Source of the DNA: Nitrosopumilus sp.
GTDB taxonomy: Archaea > Thermoproteota > Nitrososphaeria > Nitrososphaerales > Nitrosopumilaceae
DNA: 64,000 bases
Assembly: GCA_965205215.1 (NCBI GenBank)
Contig: OZ242041.1
Coordinates: 1,472,001-1,536,000, forward strand
Direction: 5' to 3'
Part shown: one piece after another, positions 49,995 through 59,041 of the stretch
Layout of the letters: each line of letters opens with the position of its first letter
How positions within the stretch are numbered: the stretch's first letter is position 1
Notes under the pieces: generated by a model
The model's database searches: none
Told to the model about the DNA's origin: nothing
The model's input: the letters and a program-made list of their open reading frames with translations, nothing else
Made by a program: the position numbers and the translations under genes

Positions 49995-50903
49995 TTGAAC
50001 ATATCCGTCGCGATTCCAGAGACGTCCCTTTCCGACGAGTCCCAAAAGTCCGCAAAGACCCGCAAGGCGTCGGTGATTGCAAGGGCGTGCGCGATATTCG
50101 GGGTTGAGACCATCTACGTGTATGGCGAGGGGGGCGGCAAGGGCGCCAAAAGTACCAGAAACAGCGGCGGCAAGTCAGACGCGGACCTTCTCATCACGTC
50201 CCTGAGGTACTTGGAGACGCCGCAGTTCCTCCGACGACACCTGTTTGCCCGCACAGACGATCTAAAGTTTGCAGGCGTGATGCTCCCACTGCGCATACCC
50301 AGCCATGCCACTTCCAGAAGGCTCGAGGCGGGACAGGTGCGCGAAGGTGTCATAGTCCCCTCGGGGGGACGGAAGGGGAGAAGGGAGGGCGGCGGGCACG
50401 GCGGCGGGAAATTCATAGATGTGGGGGCAAGCAGGCCCCTCAGGTACACGGGCAGGGCCCCTCCGGGAAGACGCGTGACTGTCCGCATAAAGAGCGCGGG
50501 GCCGGACGCCTCGTATGCTGAGATCGACAGGGAGCAGGCGGACTCGTACTGGGGCTACTCGGTAAGGGGCCGCGCATCCCTCCAGTCACTGCTTGCGGAG
50601 TGGAAGGGGCAGATCATAATAACGTCAAGAAAGGGCAGGCCCGTGCGGGGGGCTCCCGCTGGCGGTGGAAGGAAAGGCGGCGGTGCAAGCACGCCCCCAT
50701 CGTCCATACTAAGGGATCGCTCCGACCTGCTGGTCGTGTTCGGCTCGCCTGAGCGCGGGGTCCACGAGATACTCGGGGGAGGTGCAGGGGCCATGAGCAG
50801 CGCCCGCATACTGGACTTTTTTCCGGGGCAGCAGACTGCCACCGTAAGGCTGGAGGAGGCCATCATGGGTGCGCTTGCAATAATAAACGTAGAAGCAGCA
50901 TAG
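49995..50903 (+). CDS. Putative RNA uridine N3 methyltransferase (DUF171, SPOUT)
   Basis: ARACAIFGV, YLETPQFLR, YWGY, FGSPERG, QQTATVRLEEA. Confidence 0.9.
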   Translation: MNISVAIPETSLSDESQKSAKTRKASVIARACAIFGVETIYVYGEGGGKGAKSTRNSGGKSDADLLITSLRYLETPQFLRRHLFARTDDLKFAGVMLPLRIPSHATSRRLEAGQVREGVIVPSGGRKGRREGGGHGGGKFIDVGASRPLRYTGRAPPGRRVTVRIKSAGPDASYAEIDREQADSYWGYSVRGRASLQSLLAEWKGQIIITSRKGRPVRGAPAGGGRKGGGASTPPSSILRDRSDLLVVFGSPERGVHEILGGGAGAMSSARILDFFPGQQTATVRLEEAIMGALAIINVEAA

Positions 50904-51027
50904 TCGCCCTCAAGATAGGCTGTCAGAAGGCGCTCCTTCTGGCCGCCACCGGCACTTTTCAGTCGTCCCTCCCCCTGCCGCGGCCGGGACGATAGCGATA
51001 ATAGGCCGCCGTAGGAGCCAGAAGCGG

Positions 51028-51138
51028 ATGGCCGAGCGAAAAAGCTTCCTTCTGGTGGCGATGGCAGTCGGCGCCGCGGGGATTGCCGCTGGCGCGTACG
51101 TCATGTGGGAGATGCTCGTGCGCGTGACCGGCCCCTGA
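51028..51138 (+). CDS. Small membrane protein (36 aa)
   Basis: MAERKSFLLVAMAVGAAGIAAGAYVMWEMLVRVTGP. Confidence 0.55.
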   Translation: MAERKSFLLVAMAVGAAGIAAGAYVMWEMLVRVTGP

Positions 51139-51164
51139 GCCCCCGCGCGGGCCCGCACCGGCCC

Positions 51165-52511
51165 CTACCTCTTTGGCGGTATCGCAAAGCGGTTGGCCGG
51201 ATCCTGATGATACTTGACGGGCAGCATCGCGTCCTTTTGCCGGCCCGTAAGGATCCCCACCACGACGTCGTCGCGCTTTATCACCTCCTGCCTTACGAGT
51301 TTTCTGATTCCGGCAACGGTGGCCCCGGACGCCATCTCGCAGTCGAACCCGTTGAGCCCCACCACCGACATGCCGTCAAGCATCTCTGCGTCGGACACGG
51401 TGGTGACAACCCCGTCGGTCAGCTCCAGGGCTCTGAGCCCTTTTAGTATGTTGGCGGGCCTCCCAATCTGTATGGCGGTGGCCTTTGTGCGCGGCCTCTC
51501 TCCGCGCCCGTCAAGGTCTGCATAGTATCTTTCGATGGCGTCCTCGTCGGGCAGCCCGGCGTTCCACCGCAGCTCCGTGCCCTCAAATGCCCCGTTGTAC
51601 AGATCCGACAGCGTGCGCGCCCCCTCCGCGTTTATCACGGCTATCCTCGGCATCTTTTTTATCCAGCCCCACCCGTACAGCTCCATCAGGGCCTTGCCGC
51701 AGCTTGACGTGTTTCCGAGCGCTCCACCGGGATACACGATCCAGTCCGGGACCGCCCAGTTCAGGTACTCGAGCGCCCTGAACGGTATGGTCTTCTGCCC
51801 CTCTATCCGGAACGGGTTTATCGAGTTGACCGTATAGCCTCCCCCGGTTCGGGCGTCTGTCAGCGACTGCTGCAGAGCGTCGTCAAAGTTTCCGTCGACC
51901 TCTATTATCTGGGCTCCGAACTGGTACGCCTGGCTGAGCTTGCCGGGGGCAATCTGCCCGGCCGGGATGTACACGTCGCAGGACATGCCCTCGTTTGCGG
52001 CAAACATTCCGGCCGACGCGGACGTGTTGCCGGTCGACGCGCACACGATGCGGTCTGCGCCGGTCAACCTGGCGTGCGTGACGGCGGTGGTCATCCCGTT
52101 GTCCTTGAACGAGCCGCTCGGGTTGTAGCCCTCCGGTTGGAGCCACAGCCCGCCGCTTGCGATGCCGGCAAACTCGGCCGCCTTGGACATGTGGTACGGC
52201 TTTGCCTGCCTGCCCTCGGCCCCGTCAAGGGACACCAGCACGGACGCGCATGCCTGCGCGTCCTCCGTGTCAATCTGGCAAAAGTTGAGCAGTTCCCGGA
52301 ACCGCCAGACCCCGCTCTCGTCAAATATGTTCCCCTGCGAGTTGCGGCGCCTGTAAAAAACATCCTTTGTGCGCACGTGGGGCCCCCGGTCGTACGTCAC
52401 GTCGAGGAGGTGCCCCCTCTCACACTCGACTCTGGCCTCTCCAATCTCGTAGCGGAGGGGGCACTTGGGGTGTATGCACTCAAGATGCGCGCCAGCCTTT
52501 GGACCGTCCAT
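51165..52511 (-). CDS. thrC: Threonine synthase
   Basis: NPSGSFKDNG, CASTGNTSAS, NSINPFRIEGQKT. Confidence 0.93.
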   Translation of the reverse strand: MDGPKAGAHLECIHPKCPLRYEIGEARVECERGHLLDVTYDRGPHVRTKDVFYRRRNSQGNIFDESGVWRFRELLNFCQIDTEDAQACASVLVSLDGAEGRQAKPYHMSKAAEFAGIASGGLWLQPEGYNPSGSFKDNGMTTAVTHARLTGADRIVCASTGNTSASAGMFAANEGMSCDVYIPAGQIAPGKLSQAYQFGAQIIEVDGNFDDALQQSLTDARTGGGYTVNSINPFRIEGQKTIPFRALEYLNWAVPDWIVYPGGALGNTSSCGKALMELYGWGWIKKMPRIAVINAEGARTLSDLYNGAFEGTELRWNAGLPDEDAIERYYADLDGRGERPRTKATAIQIGRPANILKGLRALELTDGVVTTVSDAEMLDGMSVVGLNGFDCEMASGATVAGIRKLVRQEVIKRDDVVVGILTGRQKDAMLPVKYHQDPANRFAIPPKR

Positions 52512-52852
52512 ACTAAGAGGCCGAGGCGTGTTTTTTTAAGCATTTGTAATCAAAACCCCGGCTGCTGGACGCGGCATGCCGAGTGCAACACACCCGGCGC
52601 GCCGGATCCCCCCGCTACAGTATGTCCCGCCCCTCCGTGCATTTCATTCCGGGGGCAGTGGCAGCCGCAGGCGCGCGGTCCCTTTTGGACAAGGGACTTT
52701 CGTGCCGGGCGGCCCTGCACCCGCTCGACGCCGTCCGACGTGGCGGCCGATCCGACGGGTCCCGGGCACGCCCGCGACCGGCACGCCCACTCTGCGTCCG
52801 AGCCGACGCAGGCGTGAGCAATATTTAGATTAAGAATGCGCCGCGTAACGGC

Positions 52853-53227
52853 ATGGTCACATATTCGGGGCACTTGAAGAGGGTGCTGCTCCAGGTACTC
52901 GAGTCGCACGGCGTGCTTGCCGACATCAAGAACACCCCGCTAGACATTGACGGGATAAAGAGGGAGATGCTCCGGATAAACGGATCGCTCAAGGCGGTGC
53001 TCTCAAGCGTTCCCGAGTCAAGCATCACGCACTCGGACTACAAGGCGCTGCGGGCAAAGTTTGCCGCATACCTCGACTCGTACGACTTTGAGGGCGAGCT
53101 TGATGCAATGTACATGCTGTACGCCGAAGACATGATGCGCATAAACAACGTCAGGGCCAAGATATTAGAGGCGCTCGAGGACAAGGGGATGATGAAATCC
53201 ACGATGGAGATGGCAGAACAGCTATGA
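52853..53227 (+). CDS. Hypothetical protein
   Basis: 124 aa helical ORF with upstream AT-rich promoter. Confidence 0.75.
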   Translation: MVTYSGHLKRVLLQVLESHGVLADIKNTPLDIDGIKREMLRINGSLKAVLSSVPESSITHSDYKALRAKFAAYLDSYDFEGELDAMYMLYAEDMMRINNVRAKILEALEDKGMMKSTMEMAEQL

Positions 53228-53364
53228 CGCGCGGCGAGTCCGGAGGCGGCGGCCGGAACGGGGACGACAGGAGGTGCGTACTATGCGGATGTAGGGACCA
53301 CAGGGTGTTCGGGTGCGCAAGGCATGTGGCTGGCAGGTGCTCGTGCAAAAACAAGGAGGCCTGA
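53224..53364 (+). CDS. Cys/His-rich microprotein (46 aa)
   Basis: ATGA overlap with the upstream stop; CVLCGCRDH..GCARH...CSC. Confidence 0.55.
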   Translation: MTRGESGGGGRNGDDRRCVLCGCRDHRVFGCARHVAGRCSCKNKEA

Positions 53365-53369
53365 AGTCG

Positions 53370-53489
53370 TCAGCCCCGCCTTCCGGGGCCCGATCTTATG
53401 TGAAAGTTGAGGCAGCACCCGCATTCCTTCTCGATGCACTCATCCTCGTGGTGGTGCCCGCATATGCCACACTCGCAGCTCCTTGCCAT
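53370..53489 (-). CDS. Metallothionein-like microprotein (39 aa)
   Basis: MARSCECGICGHHHEDECIEKECGCCLNFHIRSGPGRRG; TTATAT about 25 nt upstream. Confidence 0.7.
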   Translation of the reverse strand: MARSCECGICGHHHEDECIEKECGCCLNFHIRSGPGRRG

Positions 53490-53577
53490 CACATATGATA
53501 TGCGGGATCAGCATATAATAGATGCTGCAGGGGCGGCGCCTTGCCCGGCACGCCGCAGGATCCGCCGCGCCGGCCAG

Positions 53578-53913
53578 TCACCGTCTTCGCGCCTGGTTCC
53601 GGCTCTTTCGGCGGCTGCTTGCCGGCGCCTGCTTTTCGTTAAGCTCGTTCTCCCTGGCCTCGGCCTTGCTGTCCACGGCCCTTATCACCTCTTGAATCAT
53701 GCCGTCAAGATCGCTGTCGTCCACGGGCGGCTCCACCCCAGATGCGATCTCGTGGATCGTCTCAGATATCTCCGCGCTCAGATCCTCAAAACTCTCCGGA
53801 TCCTCGTATGCGGCTCCATACAGGTTGCGCAGCGTGTTGACGTGCTCGACGACCTGATCGGTCAGCATGATTCTGTAGTCCGTTCCGTTTATGCTGAACT
53901 CCCTTGAACTCAC
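53578..53913 (-). CDS. Hypothetical protein
   Basis: GTG start; acidic helical core with basic tail. Confidence 0.7.
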   Translation of the reverse strand: MSSREFSINGTDYRIMLTDQVVEHVNTLRNLYGAAYEDPESFEDLSAEISETIHEIASGVEPPVDDSDLDGMIQEVIRAVDSKAEARENELNEKQAPASSRRKSRNQARRR

Positions 53914-54095
53914 AATGGGCCTCTGAGAGGTGTGCTTATAACTTTTAACGAAAAAAGATCCCGGTTCCGGCAGGAGGTGGCGCATCCTGCGGCGGACGGG
54001 GAGTGGCTTCTGCCACACAAGCCGCGCATGCAAGGACGATCATGACTCGAATGGTACATCCGGAGGACAGCGGCGCGTACGCCGCATGCACGAGC

Positions 54096-54548
54096 TCAGA
54101 ATACGATATAGTCAAGCGCCGACGCGTCGCTGATCAGCCTGGTGTGCCTAACCCCGAGCACGTATCCGTTCTTGATGTCGGCGGTGGGAATCCACCTGTT
54201 TGTGGACGTGTAGTGCCGTTTTTCGGCAAGCTCCCTCTCGATTGCCTCTATGTCAAACTCCGCCTCCTCTACCTCCTGGGTGGTCAGGTGCTTTATCGTA
54301 ACCAGTATCTTTGTCACCTTGACGCGGTCGCCAAACTTCCACCGGGACGAGGGGACCTCGTCGGAGACCTCCAGCACCTTTATCTTCATCTGCTTTGTCC
54401 GAAAAACGTCGTAGCTGGTGAGCATCCGCTCGTCGGTAAACTCCTCAAAGCTGGTGCGCGAGCCCGTCTCGGTGTCGGACACCGTGTCGAGCAGGGACTT
54501 TGTCTCAGTGGTGGCCGGCTCCTCCACGTCAAAGTTGCCCGACGACAT
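54096..54548 (-). CDS. Hypothetical protein
   Basis: WKFGDRVKV..KRHYTSTNRWIP..IKNGYV. Confidence 0.8.
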   Translation of the reverse strand: MSSGNFDVEEPATTETKSLLDTVSDTETGSRTSFEEFTDERMLTSYDVFRTKQMKIKVLEVSDEVPSSRWKFGDRVKVTKILVTIKHLTTQEVEEAEFDIEAIERELAEKRHYTSTNRWIPTADIKNGYVLGVRHTRLISDASALDYIVF

Positions 54549-54570
54549 CGCAGATCGTACGCCCCCACTA

Positions 54571-55248
54571 CTAAAAAATGATTCGCGCGCCGCGGACAGC
54601 CTCTGCGGGCTGCCGCGTCTCAAACGGCATGACGCACTCGGCGCCCCGGACCGGCACCCTGTAGTCGCTGTCGAGCCCCTCTCGCCTTGTATAGAATCTT
54701 CCGTCGTACGTGCATATGCACTCGGTCGTCTTCGACCTGTGCCCCCTGACCTTGTAAAACTCGTGTAGCTCCCTTGGGCGGTACTCGGCCGTCCCTATGC
54801 GCCTCTTTGAGATGAACTTGTAGGCAAGTATGACATGGCGCTTCTTGAACGCCGAGAACGTGTCGGCCCATACCCGGCAGCGCTCCACCTGCTCGGCCGG
54901 AACCGACAGCGCGGTGCCCGAACCGGACTTTGCCTCAATTACGACCAGGTGCCCCTTCTTCGGGTTCACGGCCAGTATGTCCGGTAGCCCCGTACTGGGG
55001 GAGCCGAGCCGGAAGGCCCTCCATCCCTCGCTCGAGTTGAACCGCTTTACCAGCGTGTCCTCCCACTGGTAGCCTCGCTGGCGGCGGGTGCGCGCTGCGG
55101 CCCTGTTGCCGCTGCTGTTGCCGCCGCGTTCGTGCTTTGTACGACCCTGGCGCCGCCCAGCGGCAGAACCGCGGCCGCGCACGTCGCCGGCCTGCCCCGG
55201 ATCGGGGGCGCCGTGCGCGGGTGGACCCGCCCGGCGTGCCATAGTCAT
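54571..55248 (-). CDS. Hjc-like PD-(D/E)xK nuclease/resolvase
   Basis: RGYQWE..LV, LPDILAV, VIEAKS. Confidence 0.8.
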   Translation of the reverse strand: MTMARRAGPPAHGAPDPGQAGDVRGRGSAAGRRQGRTKHERGGNSSGNRAAARTRRQRGYQWEDTLVKRFNSSEGWRAFRLGSPSTGLPDILAVNPKKGHLVVIEAKSGSGTALSVPAEQVERCRVWADTFSAFKKRHVILAYKFISKRRIGTAEYRPRELHEFYKVRGHRSKTTECICTYDGRFYTRREGLDSDYRVPVRGAECVMPFETRQPAEAVRGARIIF

Positions 55249-55388
55249 GCCAGCCGCTCCCCGCCCGGCGGTTATATCTTGTGCTGATTGCGGAACGGAC
55301 GGCATCGGATCCGGGTTCCCGCGCAATCCGGCTGCGGGCATTCCAGAGGGAGATCCGATGGACAAATTTGAAGCTGCGCCTACGAAAG

Positions 55389-56171
55389 ATGGTTATACCG
55401 CGCGCGCCCATACATGCCGTGGCCCTCAAGCGCATCTGCGACGGCACGTGCAAAAACTACGGCGTAAAGAAGCCTGCGGCCGGGGGAAGGTACGTGGCAG
55501 GACAGGCAAGGTGCCAGACGTGCGACATGTGGATAGACCACCAGGGGGCGCACCTATTTGGTGGCAGGCCCGCCACGGCGGGCTCGAAGGGATGGTTCTG
55601 CAACTGCTGCAACTACAGGGTCAGGCGCAATCCAAGGAACATAGTGTACAAGTCAAAGCTGCGGAGCAACGCTTATGACGCAGGCTCCATGACCGCCACG
55701 GACGAGCTCGGGATGAGGGGGGCAGGCAGGGACCCCAGAGGCGCGTCCTTGGGGGTGGGAGGTGACGAGGAGGAGGAGGAGGAGCATCCGCGCATAGACC
55801 TGTCTTACTTTAACAAAAAACGTGCCATGATGCTCAGGGAGCTCGGCGCGCTCATGGCCCGCATGGGCCATGATCCCGAAAATCTGGCCGAGGGCTTTCC
55901 CCTGCGACACGGGTGGACCGTATCGGACATCGCGACGGAGTTTGACGCAGGGTTTGGCGAGGTGGTGAGGCACGCCGTCGGCAGCGAGCCCAACAAGATA
56001 TCGCTGATAGCGGACTTTGAGATGGCAAGGGACAAGGCGGGCAGGGTTCCGACGCCGCAGGACATGCAGGAGCACTCGCGGTTTGCCATATCGGACTACA
56101 AAAGAGAGTTCAAGTCGTGGGAGCATTTTCTCGATAGGCTCGGGTACGATCCGTGGTATCGCGGTAACTAG
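55389..56171 (+). CDS. Cys-rich zinc-finger fused to homing-endonuclease-associated repeat
   Basis: CDGTC..RCQTC..FCNCCNYR; C-terminal GRVPT.....F....Y...F.SW. Confidence 0.7.
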   Translation: MVIPRAPIHAVALKRICDGTCKNYGVKKPAAGGRYVAGQARCQTCDMWIDHQGAHLFGGRPATAGSKGWFCNCCNYRVRRNPRNIVYKSKLRSNAYDAGSMTATDELGMRGAGRDPRGASLGVGGDEEEEEEHPRIDLSYFNKKRAMMLRELGALMARMGHDPENLAEGFPLRHGWTVSDIATEFDAGFGEVVRHAVGSEPNKISLIADFEMARDKAGRVPTPQDMQEHSRFAISDYKREFKSWEHFLDRLGYDPWYRGN

Positions 56172-56289
56172 CTGCGGCGGCGGCCGGACTGCAGTACGGC
56201 GCCCGCGCCAAAAAGGAAGCTGCGTTTGGGATGCAGGTTACAAAGCCTGGACGTCACAGGCGGCGCTGCCGCCGTAGCCGACTCGTGCC

Positions 56290-58902
56290 CTACGAGACGG
56301 TCTCGTTTACGATGCGCTCAATCTCGCCTTTGGACATGGCATCAAGCATCTTTTGCAGTATGCCGCCAAGCGTGTCGTCGCCTTCCGTGTATCCTACCGA
56401 CAGCGTGTACTCGTCTGCAATCGTACCTGCTTCTGCCAGGTTCTCGATGCCGTTACTGGCCGCAATGTATCTTGCAACTTCCCACACGTCCAAAAAGGCA
56501 TCGGCGCTGCCGTCAGATACCATGGTCAGCGCCGTCTGTGCGGAGTCGGCAGACTCGTACGCCACATCGGGCATGTTCTCATCCAGCCAGGTCTCCACGG
56601 CATAGCCGTCCACCGTCACCACCTCGTAGTCTGCAAGGTTCTCAGACGTTATGACGTCGGCGTTCTCCTCAAGCGTGATTATCGAGATCGGTATTGTTAT
56701 CCACGGCTCCGTAAAGTCCATGTACTCGTCCCTCTCCGCAGTGTTCTCGACTACAAACAGCACGTCGGCCGTTCCGTCTTTCATGCGGTCGAGCGCATCG
56801 TTCCAGGATTCAATTGCAGGATCCGCCTCCGCGAACTGGGAGCCGGTCATGCCCTCGAGCGCGTCTGCAATGGCTCCGGACACCCCCGCAAGGCTTCCCT
56901 CGTCATCCACGTACTCGTACGGGGGCCATGCAGGGTCATACGCGACCGTTATCACCGGATGATCCTCAAGCCAGGCCTGCTCCGCGTCGTCAAACGAGAC
57001 CTCCGCCACCGGTGGTTCGGATTCCATGTAGTAGCCGGCTGCGAATATGTAGCCGTCGTGCATCTCAAGCAGCGTGACCTTTTCGGCGTCCTCGCCGGTC
57101 TCGGGGTTCACAAACGTATAGGTCATCCACGTCTGGGCCCCGTCACCCGATAGCTCCTCCATTATTTGCTCCGCGTCCTTGTCCGGATCGGTTACTAGAT
57201 CAAACAGGTATCCCCCGATAATATCCGTGTCCGCGCCGTGCGCCGCGACTACAAGCATGTCGTCAAGCACGAACGGGTACGATGGATAGTCCGTGCTCAT
57301 CGCGTCTATGGCCGCAAACGTCGCGTCCATTCCAAGCTCCTTGTACATCTCGACCGCGGTGCCCACGGACCACATAACCTCCGTCTTCTTGGCATACTCA
57401 CCAGTCAGATAGAACCCGGCTCCGAATGTGTAGCCGTCATGCATGACAAACCATGCCTTTTTGGCCTGCTGCTCGCCGGTCTCGGGGTTCAGGAACACGT
57501 ACTTTCCGAACACCCCCTGTCCCTCGTCAAACGCGCCCTTGGAGTCCCGGATGGCCGCGCTCATCTGGTACGGCTCCCAGATCTTCTGGCCTGTCCGGTC
57601 GAGTATGGAGCCGTCTGCGACCTCCGTGTTTGCCGAGTCCATTACAAACGGATACCACTCTTTCTCGACGCTGAGGGCCGTGATCTCGGCAAAGGCGTCC
57701 TGCCCGCCCTCTGCATACATTGCAAGGGCGTTGTCTGTGGACATGATGGCGTTGATCTTTTTCGTCTGGAATTCGTCTGGGTAGAACCCCGCCCCGAACG
57801 CGTAGCCGTCGCGTATCACGAGCCAGGAGAGCTTTATCTCCTCTGCCTGGGTCTCAAAGTTCGTAAACGTGTATGTCACCCAGGCGCCGCCGTTGAGTTC
57901 GGACTCTGTCTGGATCAGTTCAATGGACTTGTTCGAGTCTGTAATAGCCACGGACACGTCGCCCACGCGTGACGCATCGGCACCGTGCGCCGCCACCACC
58001 TCGGCTTTAATGTCGACGACAAACGGATAGGTTCCTCCCGGCATATAGCCCTCGGCGGCATCAGTTATCATGTCAAATGAGTCGGTCCCGTGCTCATCGT
58101 ACAACCCCGCCGCCGAATTTGCAACCCACATTGCAACGATCATCTCGGCTTCAAGATTATTGAGGTAGAATCCGCTGGCAAATATGTGGCTGCCGTGCAG
58201 CGCGAGGTACGACTTTTTAGTCTGCATCTCCCCGGTTGCGGGGTTTGTAAACGGATACATGACCCAGGTCTCGCCGTTCTCGTCAAGCTCGGCCCTGATC
58301 TCGTCGTACGTCTTCTCGCCGTCGTCCAGCGCGCTCGACATGGTGCCGACCAGGGTTGCGTTGAATCCGTGCGCAAGTATGGTCAGCGTGTCATAATCGA
58401 TGACAAACACATACGGCGATTCTGCGTCGTACGTCTCTGCACCCGCGGTTATTGCATCAAGCGCGCCCTCGCCGTCCGACTCGTACGCTTCAACGGATTC
58501 GGTGACCAAGGTCCTGACATCCTCCTTCATATCGGCAAACCGGTCGCTAAACATGGTCATCGACACCACAAGGGCGGACTCCGGCTCCGTGACATCCTCA
58601 GAGGTCGCCGTCTCGCCGTCTTCGGGCTCCACCGCCTCCATGTCCGCTGAGGCAGCCTCAACTATGGTCGCAAATTCCATGGCGGTCAAGCGGTCCACCG
58701 ACGAAGAGAGTGCGCAGATCGGATCCCCGTTTGCCTTGAGCATCAGTACGCGCTCGCCGTTGCATGCGACGTCCTCTGGCGCCGTGCCTTTTGCAACCTG
58801 TTTTGCGGGCGATGGGTTGTCCATGTCGGCATACGCCGCCCCGGACGCCCCGGCAGCAATTAGAGAAAGTGCAAGTAACAAGAATAACGGGCGGCTGGCC
58901 AA
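56290..58902 (-). CDS. Exported protein: 4 sCache_2-like domains + type-2 solute-binding (SBP_bac_3) domain
   Basis: Signal peptide from TTG 58902; SPxKQ..C..PxC domain; four FxxGFY/YY-ended units; WLEDHP.ITV..DPAWPPYE..ERDEYMDFTEP. Confidence 0.85.
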   Translation of the reverse strand: MASRPLFLLLALSLIAAGASGAAYADMDNPSPAKQVAKGTAPEDVACNGERVLMLKANGDPICALSSSVDRLTAMEFATIVEAASADMEAVEPEDGETATSEDVTEPESALVVSMTMFSDRFADMKEDVRTLVTESVEAYESDGEGALDAITAGAETYDAESPYVFVIDYDTLTILAHGFNATLVGTMSSALDDGEKTYDEIRAELDENGETWVMYPFTNPATGEMQTKKSYLALHGSHIFASGFYLNNLEAEMIVAMWVANSAAGLYDEHGTDSFDMITDAAEGYMPGGTYPFVVDIKAEVVAAHGADASRVGDVSVAITDSNKSIELIQTESELNGGAWVTYTFTNFETQAEEIKLSWLVIRDGYAFGAGFYPDEFQTKKINAIMSTDNALAMYAEGGQDAFAEITALSVEKEWYPFVMDSANTEVADGSILDRTGQKIWEPYQMSAAIRDSKGAFDEGQGVFGKYVFLNPETGEQQAKKAWFVMHDGYTFGAGFYLTGEYAKKTEVMWSVGTAVEMYKELGMDATFAAIDAMSTDYPSYPFVLDDMLVVAAHGADTDIIGGYLFDLVTDPDKDAEQIMEELSGDGAQTWMTYTFVNPETGEDAEKVTLLEMHDGYIFAAGYYMESEPPVAEVSFDDAEQAWLEDHPVITVAYDPAWPPYEYVDDEGSLAGVSGAIADALEGMTGSQFAEADPAIESWNDALDRMKDGTADVLFVVENTAERDEYMDFTEPWITIPISIITLEENADVITSENLADYEVVTVDGYAVETWLDENMPDVAYESADSAQTALTMVSDGSADAFLDVWEVARYIAASNGIENLAEAGTIADEYTLSVGYTEGDDTLGGILQKMLDAMSKGEIERIVNETVS

Positions 58903-59041
58903 TGGTACAGGGTAGGAAAGAAGCAATATTAGCGTTATGTCAGATGTGGCGTACTGCGCGATTCCCCAATCCGCTCCGCCAAGGGGTGCGGCCCTGCTCA
59001 TGGCGCAGGCCGAGGCCGTCACATGCTGGGCGCCATACCTG

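Noticed and set aside
52550-52820. GC-rich hairpin spacer as possible SRP or RNase P RNA
   Set aside because: No diagnostic conserved motifs were found.
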